Assembly: GCF_009914755.1 (NCBI RefSeq)
Contig: NC_060940.1
Reading direction: 5' to 3' (one strand)
Source: the human T2T-CHM13v2.0 reference genome, Homo sapiens
Length of the DNA stretch: 64,000 bases
Within the stretch, counting starts at the first letter, position 1, and each line of letters begins with the position of its first letter. This document shows, piece by piece, positions 53,872-64,000 of the stretch. Both the position numbers and the translations under genes were made by a program. The notes beneath the pieces are model-generated. The model was not told the DNA's origin and did no database searches. It was given only the letters and a program-made list of their open reading frames with translations.

Positions 53872-54721
53872 CAAGGCCCTGTTTGAGTGACCAACTTCAC
53901 GGTCATCCTAAATGAGGCAGTTTATGTGTCTTATGCTCTAACTAGGAAACCTTAAACAATCAGTAGCTTTGTCAAAGGTAAACTCTCTACCCCATGAAAG
54001 AAATTCTAATATCAGAACTGGATTCAGGTTCAGCCTCTTGTGCCCCTGCACAAGAAATTGGGAGCTCCAGCTGTTCTTCTCCGGAAGGTACTCCTATCAA
54101 CTCCAAATAGTGGGGGACCAAGAAGGAAATCTGGAATACTTTGCTATTTCATAAACTTTTCTCCTTCCTAAAGTGCCATCGAATTACTTGATTTATACCA
54201 AATAACACTACCACCTGGGGATGCAAATGCTAACCCCAAACAGATGCAATGGTTATAGGGCCATGAAATGTCACTGAAGGCATCGTCATTTGGATTTTGA
54301 TTATAGCACTTAGGATTAGATTAAACAGTTTTGAAAAGACTGCAGACACATCTCTAATGTCCTCTGCCCGGCTATGGCTGCTTTCTTTGCATACCCCAGA
54401 AAACAGGGTGATTTTTTTTCACTCCCAAGTAACCCTTCTTTAACTTCAGGATGTGCTTCTCCAAGCTAAAGTGGAAAGCAATTCGAGAAAAAAATAAATG
54501 TGGGCATCTTGTAGCCTTCACTTCAAGTCCTCATCTGTAGGAAAGCGGGGATACATGCCCTCACTCTGGCAAAATCCTGCTCCTTGCCTTGCAGGGAGGC
54601 AGGATGAGCACTTGGCTTGGAGTCCAATATTTGAACTCAGCTTCCAGTCTGCTTCACATGAGCATTGTGACCTTGGGAAAGCCACTTGCCTTACTGAGCT
54701 CCCAATTCCGTGGCATCTAGA

Positions 54722-55126
54722 TGTTATGGTTTGGATATTTGTCCCCTCCAAATCTCATGTTAATAGGAGATCCCCAATGTCGGAGGTAAGCCTAGTGGGA
54801 GGTGCTTGGGTCCTGGCAGTGGATCCCTCATTAAAGGCTTGGTGCCCTCCTCATGGTAATAAGTGAGTTCTCTGTTAGCTCATGCAAGAGCTGGTTGTTT
54901 AAAGGAGTCTGACACGTCCTGCTCTCTTGCTCCCTCTCAGCGTGACACGCCTGCTCCCACTTCACCTTGGAACATGAGTAAAAGCTTCCTGAGGCCTCAC
55001 CAGACTCTGAGCAGATTGGAGCCATGCTTGTACAGCCTGCAGAACTGTGAGCCAAATAAATCTATTTTCTTTATAAATTACCCAGTGTCCAGTACTCCTT
55101 GATAGCAATGCCAAATGGACTAATAG
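54722..55126 (+). mobile_element. MSTB solo LTR
   Basis: tgttatggtttggatatttgtcccctccaaatctcatg...cagaactgtgagccaaataaa...ggactaata. Confidence 0.88.
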
Positions 55127-56949
55127 ACTATAATAGAATTAATAGAACAGAAGATCATTCTTTATGGAAAGAACCTCAGACAAAATCATGTTTCAGATAA
55201 AGATATGTACAACGGGAAACACACATGAATTTCTCACTGACACAGAGCCAGTGCAGGTTTATAGAGCTTTGCCACAAAAAAAGGTATGCGCACAAGCTGT
55301 CGAATGTATCTAGTTACAAAAATTGAACTTGTTATAAGTGCATCTTAGCTTTTATACTTCCAATTGACCTTTATTAACTTTGAAAGATGTACAACATTAT
55401 AATAGATACTATGATTATCCATATGCACTAAATATTTGATAGGAATAATAATTTTATTTTTTTCAAGTGGGCTGGATGCAAATGCAAAATTTCTAGAGGG
55501 TAATAGCTTCTCAGTCCCTTTATGCAATAATTATTGACTTCTTGTGTATAAGCAGGCCTGAAAGTAATGTCTCTTTTAATTAGTTTCCTGATGACTTTCT
55601 TTTTCTTTTTAAATTAAACAATGCCACAAACTTTTGAAGCTAAAGACACTTTAATGGATATGATCTGTCTGCCTTTCTTTTTCTGACTGTATTCATTATA
55701 GGCAAATCAATGAAAATTGATAAAGTCATGATGGAAAAAAGGAATGTATTTGTATTCATTACAGAGGATTGGAGATAATAATAAAATGAAATGTTGTTAT
55801 AGTGAGATATAAACCCAACCTACGGAATTGTTCAATATGAGAATAGCTAGATACATTTCATTACCATGATAGGGAGCAGCTCAGAAGCGGAAGCCAATAA
55901 TTTTAAAAGTCTTCAACACAGGGTTATGCTGCCTATACAGTTCAATACGTTAATTGACAATAAATCCTGCTTGCCTCTAAAAGGCACTTGACTGGTCATT
56001 TTCAAGATGGTCATGATTTTTTATGATGTGGAACTTTTAATTTACAGGGATGATAAAAATAGATTTACTTTCAGCCACTTGTATTTGATTTAATTACCTA
56101 ATCAACGATAAATCATCTACTATTGAAAAAGTAATTTAACATAGATGATATTTGGCTGTCATATTTTTGGGTTACTGCTAGGGAGAGTTTGGTGAGTGGA
56201 GAGGAAAGAACCTGTGGCAGGGTGAATTTTCCACACTTTTCTCAAAAATCTGAAAAAAGTCTGCAGAGTTGAAATCAGGTGACTTGGCTTCACCTTGGAA
56301 AGCAGTCCATTGTCATTTTTCCTACTTATTTTTTAAACAGATAGACCATGAAAGGGTGCGATCGTGTCATCATCATGAGAAAAATAGGGATTTGATTATT
56401 CTTTAGCATTTTTCTAGCTCTGCTATGCTGTTGTATCGACCCTAGCGACAAGTTTGATGTGAATCTAAAATAGTAGTTAAAAGTGACTATGGAAAATAGT
56501 GGCTCAACTCAACTGAACCTTTTAGATTAAATGCCTGATTGATAGATGATGGTTATTTATGATTAAAAAAGAAAGGCGTGGTTTCCTGGAATAATTGGAG
56601 GCCCTGCAGCCCCACTGACAGAAAATCTGCCAGAATGTTTCTTTCCAGGCTTGGTCAGACAACTCAGACACTCCCCTTTTCTATTTGCCTCTCTGGGAAA
56701 TTAAAGTCTGCAGCCCTTTGGTGACCATATGCTAATTACTAGCCACTTGCTTCTAAAAGGCAGATCTTATCTTATCACTTGGCTGCTCAAAACTTTTCAG
56801 TTTGTTTTCCATCAGGCTCAGGGTAAAGTCTAAACTTTTGGACAAAGCCTCTTCTTAAGACTCTTTCTACACTAACCCTGTACTACATGTTCCAGACATT
56901 CTGAAGGTCTTTCATTTTCTGCAAAATTATAATTTATTGGCTGACTGGC

Positions 56950-57032
56950 CAGATGGATGGATGGATGGGTAGATGGTTGGGTGGATGGATGAACAGGTGG
57001 ATAGATGGATAAACAGATCAATTAATGAATGA
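56950..57032. repeat. (GGAT)n/(GAAT)n tract, probable L2 tail
   Basis: Degenerate tetranucleotide repeat downstream of L2-like sequence. Confidence 0.75.
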
Positions 57033-58289
57033 ACTCCCAATTTCTTTCACAGGGGTACTTAGTTATAGTCCTTAAAATATCTTCCCTTAGTCTAAACCAC
57101 TCTCTACCTGTGCATGTGTCTGAATCATATTTACTCACCAGGTGTTGAGGTAGTTGTACCCTTCGGTGATGTTTAACTTCACTCATGGTTTTAACCTGTC
57201 ATCTTGGTTCAGCCTCTGGGAGGCCTCAAGGGCCTGGTAGTGGACATCATTTTCCCTGATTCATGTTACACTTAATTACCTCCCTCTGACAACCAGGCAC
57301 AGATTTCTAGTGTTTTTCTCTTCTCACTCTTCTATTTTTTTTTAACTCAACCCTTAACACCTACCTATTAAATAGAGATGGCTGCAGTTCTTGGCTCAAA
57401 TGGAGGGCCAAGATGAGTGACAACTTGTAGTCGAATCAGTCAGTAGATTTTCAACTTCTAACACAACACTTTTCCCCAGGTCTGAAGAAGATCTCCAGGA
57501 TTATTTTTTCCCAAACTTCATATTAGTTTTGCAATAATAAAAATGCCTTATGCAGAAAAAAGTTAATAATTTTTGAGGCTGTATAATGGATACAATGGGT
57601 TCATTATTCCATTCCATTTGCATGGATGCATAGAATTTGTTCTTTTATCCTGTTGAGCTCTACATATTAAAATGAGCAAAGATATGAAACTCATGATACC
57701 TAAAAGATGTGTGTGTTTATGTCTATTATTGGAAGAAAGATATAATAGCCCAATTATATTGTAATACAGAAATATTATCCAAAACACAATTATTTTCACT
57801 TCTAAATGCCTTACCCCAGTCCCTGAGAATAGACCCACATTTTTAGAAGATGGCATTAATATTGCCCACGTCATTTTATGTTCTGCTTTATTCATTTCAT
57901 AGTTGATCAAAAACATTTTTTGTATTTCCACTCAGTTTTATAATAATAATTTTTAATATCTGCATAATTTCCTATCAGGTTGATGAAACAACACTGAGTC
58001 CATCCATCCCCTATGGATGGACATTTTTATTATTTCTATGTTTTTGTTGCCATTGCTGTCATTGGAGATAATGTTGCAAACCCTAATAAAGGATGCTGAA
58101 TATAGAAGATCTTATTAAAGTTTTTCATCAATTTTTCCTTTTCCAAAGAGTATTTGATTATCTCAGAACTCATAGTGTCCTTAATTTCTATTTTCATTTT
58201 TTCATGGTTTTCACACTTGTGGATCATCTTTCTTAATATTTTGTAATCGTCCCTTCTCTAACTTTAACCTTAAGGAGCATATTAAATAC

Positions 58290-58500
58290 TGCTGGCACAA
58301 GCACACAGATCTGGTGTCAAACCAACCTGAATTCAAATGCTTTATCCAACCACTTAATAACTGTGAGAACTCAGAAGTGTGATTGAATATTTCTAGGCTT
58401 TAGTGTTCTCACCTGCAAACTGAGAATAGTAGAGACATCATAGGTTTATTGTAGAGTACTTTAAGAAAACTTTTGTTGCTACTCTTAATATTTTTATTAT
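58290..58500. mobile_element. MIR
   Basis: cctgaattcaaat...ccacttaataactgtgag...ctcacctgcaaactgaga. Confidence 0.65.
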
Positions 58501-58768
58501 TACTGTATTTTGTTTAAATAGCCTGAAAAAGTTGAGCTCAGAAAAAATAGGACCAGGTCTGAAAACTGTAAAGAAGAATTTTTTTTTTCTTTTTTTGGTT
58601 TGATTTATTTGTTTGCTTGTTTTCTTTCCAATTTCCGTTTTCATAACCAGAGAGCACTCTGCTGGCAAAAGACCAATTTTAGGGTATCCTCATCTGACTA
58701 GCCATACTAATCTTTCTCTGAGATATCTTCCCCTGAAACTACACAATACTCATAAAAATAAATTTTAA

Positions 58769-59132
<364 letters not shown>

Positions 59133-60974
59133 TCACTGAAATGGTTTTGAAGTTTTCACCATTGTTAATAACTTCGTAGTCAATAATTCTGAGCGAAAAA
59201 TATTTCCTTCAAAGGAGGATTATTTCCTTAGGATGAGTTTTTGCGTTTGGAGTAACTATGTCAGACAATTTAAACTTGACTCATTTTGAAATCATGCTTT
59301 TCTAAAGTTTCTGCATTGGGAATAACTATGCTTTTCTGAACTGTTGTACCAATTTTCTTACACCAACTAAACCTTTTTTGGCTCAGTAATAACTAGAGGA
59401 AAGAGAGTAGAGCATCCAAAAATAATGAATTCAGTTCACTTCAATATGACAAGATTCATGTTCTGGGAAATATCATACGTGCATATGTCTTGTTTTATAT
59501 TTGTTGTTTCAGGCTATGTTTGTGTATCAAATAACCAAACAAATATTTCCATGGTAAAAATATTGTAGCTTCTACTTAGCAACATATAAGCAAAGATTCG
59601 GAAATTAACCTGGAAAGTGAAATTATGATGGGAAAAAAACAAAAAGAACATTTACTGTACTAAAAACTCAATGGACTGAGCAAAAATACAATAAATCTTG
59701 ATTAGGTTCAGTCTAATTTTACCTTCCTTTACGTGTCTCACAAATGTTAGCCGAACAGCAGATTGCTTAAAATAACATTCTGCTTTTAAACTTTTGGGCT
59801 TATGGAAATCTTTGCTTGTGGTTGTTGTTATTAAGAAATAGTGATTTTCCTTTACTCTTAGTTATGAAGTTGTTCTAGATTAGAATGCCAAAGTGTGGGA
59901 CTGTCTAAGCTTAGAATTCCCTCCACCATCCTTTCAGTCTCTCTCCCTCTCTCTCTTCCCCCCACCTTCTCCCTTTCTCTCTCTCTTGTATCTCTCTCTC
60001 TTTCTCTCCTTTCCTGTGTCTCCCCACTTCCCAGGCAGATTGCTTCTGTTCTGTCAAATGTTCATTCACCTTTGCTAATGAGTAGCTAATGGGTTTTGGC
60101 ATCGTGGGACACACAGGGATTGAGAGGGCTGTTTGATCACGGGATGGCCTGGTGTGCTGTGATTGTGCATATGGGATCCTCAAAACCAGCCCCAGAGCCG
60201 TTTCCTAGTTTCCCCAATAGTTTCCTGGAACATAGGGTGTTTAGAAATAAAGCTCTATTTTAAAACCTCCGATTCACCACTTTATCTGGCTAACATCCTT
60301 CCCTCTTGGAATTGATAACATGTTGACTGTGAGTCATAATGGTAACTTCCTCATGAACATCTGATGTTGTGAAATTAACAAAGTCGAGAACTCCCCAACA
60401 GTTAAGCCAAGAAATGAATTATAAAAATGTACTTCAGTCACAATACCAGAGAGAATCCGGTTATGAATTAGTAACAGATGGGAAAATACTATTCACTTTC
60501 AATTTTACATAAATGTCTATAATGCTTGTTCTGATCATAAGTTTTTATTTCTTCCAGAGCTTCATTATGGTTCTAGCAAGATTCACCATTAAAAAATATA
60601 ATAAAAAGCTTGGGTTGGGCAGATGCTATTTTTCTTTCTTCCCTCTCTGCTTGTTAAGCAAAAAAATAAAAAAATAAGTAAATAATTCAGGTGAACAATA
60701 TATATATACATATCATTTCATTGCTTACTTTTTGCTTTACAAAACAAATTATTATGCATTTCCTCAAACCAGTTAGTCAGGGTATTTATTTTTCTTTTTT
60801 TAGATTAGCACCTGTGCCAGAAAGGAAACTGTCAGTTAATGAAGTCTCTAACTCCCTTTTTACTCCATATTACTACAGCTCTCACACAACCTTTAAAAGT
60901 AAAAAATATTGAGTATTTACAGCAAATTCTTGACATAAAAACTGTCTCTGTGAATTCACCAACAGTTGAAGCCA

Positions 60975-61056
60975 AGTGGTTAGATCACAGACAAAGAAAG
61001 AAGATAAATGCTCTTTGGTGTTCAGTTTGGTAGACCCCTGGTATATTTCCCAGCCT
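60975..61056 (+). repeat. 82-bp direct repeat, copy 1
   Basis: 77/82 identical to 62496..62577. Confidence 0.93.
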
Positions 61057-61249
61057 TGATACTAGTATCAGGCACAAAACATGAGCCTTCTTGGATTTCT
61101 CTCTACAGCCTCCTTCCCTGGAAAATTACCACCCACATTCTGGACCACTTGGCTGCCATCTTTGCTGGTGCCCTTGCTAGTTTCCCTGAGTTGGCTGGGG
61201 TCAAGGTTGAAGCCCTGGGCCTGGATGATCCTCACTTCCAGTACGCTGA

Positions 61250-61720
61250 ACCATGTTGAGTCAGCCCTCCACTTCTGATCTTGAATGGACTACAACACTG
61301 TGAGGTATGGGATCCAACTACCTGAGAGAAGTTCAAGGGCAGATGATATAACCTTGAAGTGTGGAAGATCGGTCCTTCATGGAGTGAAACTTGACCAAAG
61401 GGAAATAGGAGATAGAAGGAGCTAGAGGAATAGATTCCTCCTCTTTTCTCTTTTATAGACCCTTCTCCTAAGTGTACATCTTTTTTGCAACACTCTCTGT
61501 GAACATCCTTTCTGCTGGGCCACCAGACTTGCTCAGCATACCTGATTTGCCTCTGTGCAGCACTTATAAAGTAGTGCTCAGCACTGAAATGCAATGCATA
61601 GCATTACCTCTTATCTTTCCCTGTCTTCCCTCCATTTTCCCCCACAACCCTTATTGTCCTGGGCTTTCAGCTCTCGGAGTATCATTACTGTAATCCTTGC
61701 CTCAATCCCTGCTTTCTAGA
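61250..61720 (+). mobile_element. Old ERVL LTR (LTR33/LTR16-like)
   Basis: gaaacttgaccaaagggaaataggagatag...taatccttgcctcaatccctgctttctag. Confidence 0.5.
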
Positions 61721-61836
61721 AATGCACTCTTCTACTTTGGGCATCATAATTATTGGTACTGTCCCTTTTCACTCTTTTAAGTGGTAGGGACAACTTCCCT
61801 TCAGAAGAGACAACTTTGGGAAAAAATAAAATGGAG

Positions 61837-62271
61837 TGTAGTAGTTGAATGGTGGCCCTAAAGAAAGATATGTGCTGATCCTCGGTACCTGTGAATATGG
61901 CCATATCTGAAATATAGACTCTGCAGGTGGAATTAAGGATCTCTAGACCTGATAATGCTGGGTTTAGGATGAGCCCTAAATCCAATGATGGGTGTCCTTA
62001 TGAAACAGAAAAGGAGAAAACACAGAGAGAGACACAGAGAGCAAGGGGCCTGTGCAGCCACAGGCAGAGGAACTCTAAGAATTGCAGCAGCCACCATGAA
62101 GTAGGAGAGAGGCATGAGACAGATTCTCCCACAGAGCCTTCAGAAGGAAGCAAACTGGTGACACCATGATTTCAAACTCCTAGATTCTAGAACTCTGAGA
62201 CAATATGCTTCTGTTGCCTTAAGCTGCCGAGTATATGATAATCTGTTACGGCAGCCCTGGAAACAAATACA
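61837..62271 (+). mobile_element. MLT1C/D MaLR LTR
   Basis: tgtagtagttgaatggtggccc...ccctaaatccaatga...gcagccctggaaacaaataca. Confidence 0.85.
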
Positions 62272-62292
62272 GAGAGGATGAACAGTTGCAGG

Positions 62293-62388
62293 TTCTTTCT
62301 TTCTTTCTTTCTTTTCTTTCTTTCTTTCTTTTCTCTCTCTCTCTTTCTCTCTTTCTTTCTTTCTTTCCTTCTTTCTTTCTTTCTTTTC
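62293..62388. repeat. (TTTC)n/(TC)n microsatellite
   Basis: Direct observation. Confidence 0.95.
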
Positions 62389-62495
62389 TAACAAGAGAGG
62401 AACTGGGCTTGACTTGATTTATGCTTGTGTTTATGATTTGGAAACTATCCACATTCCTCGAATCCCCTTTCAGATATGTATTTCTTGCAAGCAAC

Positions 62496-62577
62496 AGTGC
62501 TTAGATCATAGACAAAGAAAGAAGATAAATGCTCTTTGGTGTTCACTTTGGTAGAGCCCTGGTATTTTTCCCAGCCT
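62496..62577 (+). repeat. 82-bp direct repeat, copy 2
   Basis: 77/82 identical to 60975..61056. Confidence 0.93.
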
Positions 62578-63691
62578 ATAAACCCTCATTTATTCTAAGA
62601 CCTACTTCATCGATGCTTTCTCATCACCTGCCCTCTGCAGTGGACTGACATACTTCCCAAGCAGAAGTCTTTCTCCAACCTGGTGGGCTCCAGTTGACCC
62701 TTCAAGAACTAGCCCAAATGTCATCTCTACTAAGATGCCTTCCTGATTTTTCCCAGTCATTGAGCACTCACTCCCTCCTCTGTGCTCTTGAAGTACCTAT
62801 TTTTTTAGAGCGCTATTCACCCTGTACTGCAAATGTAAATATGATTTTTCATCTCTTCCACTACACCAATTTTTTTAGGTGCATTTTTTTGTGTTCAGGG
62901 TGGCCCATGAATTCCTATATAAAATAAACAGCGGGTCTTGTTTGCAAGGCAGGATGCTTGGTGCAGTGTCTAAGAACAATTCCAAATTCAGAAATTATGT
63001 TCCTCTCATATCTTTTTCATTCTAGCTAAGCGGCTTACTCCCCATAGCCAATCTTCCTTCCTAAATGCAATACTTTATTTGTGAAAGTGCTTTTTTTAAA
63101 AAAAGAAAAAAAGTGTGGGGGATATGGGCATTATTTTAGAGAGACTTTCTAAAGAACTATAACAAGTCTATTTGAATCTTTTATTTGGTATTAACTAGAT
63201 ATTTTATCATAAGTGAGCAGGGAGTTTCTGGTTCACTTGTCTTTATTGCTTTCTTGAATGCATTTCAACCTTTTCCATAATTCAAGTACATATAATCCCC
63301 AATCCTTTTTTCCTTCAAATTTTAACTCCTTCGCTATGTTCCTCATAACTCCTCCTGTTAACGTCTCTAAGAATTCACCGCTGAGTTGTCACCTTGAATG
63401 AATATATGCTTTGAACTCATGGTGAATTGTGCCTTTTAAATAACACTGTAACAATGGGAGTAGTTCAGCTTGTTTTACCCTTAGTCAAAATTACTTGTTC
63501 CAAGAATTTTTTTCTCCCCTTGATTCAGAGTAACCTGAGGGAGACCTGCTATGCAGCAATGGAATCTGTAATAGGTTTATCTTAGGAGGAGCTCTAGTCC
63601 CTGATCCTGGAATAATTAAGGAAATGTTCTTGATGTCCCTTTTGAATTCCTGCAAAAGGGCACAGTGAATATTCACTGCAGTTTCCTACTG

Positions 63692-63693
<2 letters not shown>

Positions 63694-63728
<35 letters not shown>
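63694..63728. repeat. (TA)n microsatellite
   Basis: Direct observation. Confidence 0.95.
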
Positions 63729-63731
<3 letters not shown>

Positions 63732-64000
63732 ACTTTTGCCTCTATTCTTCCAACCTATTCTGTTCAACATCTGGCACCACTGTCTTCCCCAGGCTCATCT
63801 CCTTCAACATATTTTGTGCTTTAACCACAGATAACTGTTTGGAACCTGTCTCTGTATGCCCGCATATCCCATCCTTTCCAAATGGGATGACCTTTCTCTC
63901 TTTTTGCACCAGGAAAACTCGTCCTCAAAAATCAGAAAGAAATTTTCCTTCACCATAATGCCTGATGACTCAGAGGACTTTTTTCATGCCCTGAAATAAT

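Overview
Primate genomic DNA, almost certainly human (it carries a pre-Ta L1HS with the ACG/G 3'UTR diagnostics). It is AT-rich, repeat-dense and intergenic or deep-intronic. I recognise no host protein-coding exon, RNA gene or CpG island; most ORFs in the track are translations of Alu, L1, LTR or simple repeats, or chance short ORFs. The centrepiece is a nested LINE-1 at 29.4-33.4 kb. A 5'-truncated human-specific L1 landed in the same orientation inside ORF2 of an older L1PA3-type copy. Each has its own target-site duplication (TSD), and the junction is in frame, giving a ~2.75 kb open chimeric, endonuclease-less ORF2. Other structure not explained by repeat annotation: a ~150 bp inverted repeat (~83% identity) just upstream of the L1; an Alu with a twin-priming-type 5' inversion; several local duplications of different ages, including a 161-164 bp copy 5 kb from its donor that is identical except for poly-A length; and a MER41 LTR with one intact STAT GAS motif beside a 45-bp triplication. 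Subfamily names and boundaries of old repeats come from memory of consensus sequences and are approximate; identities were counted by eye.
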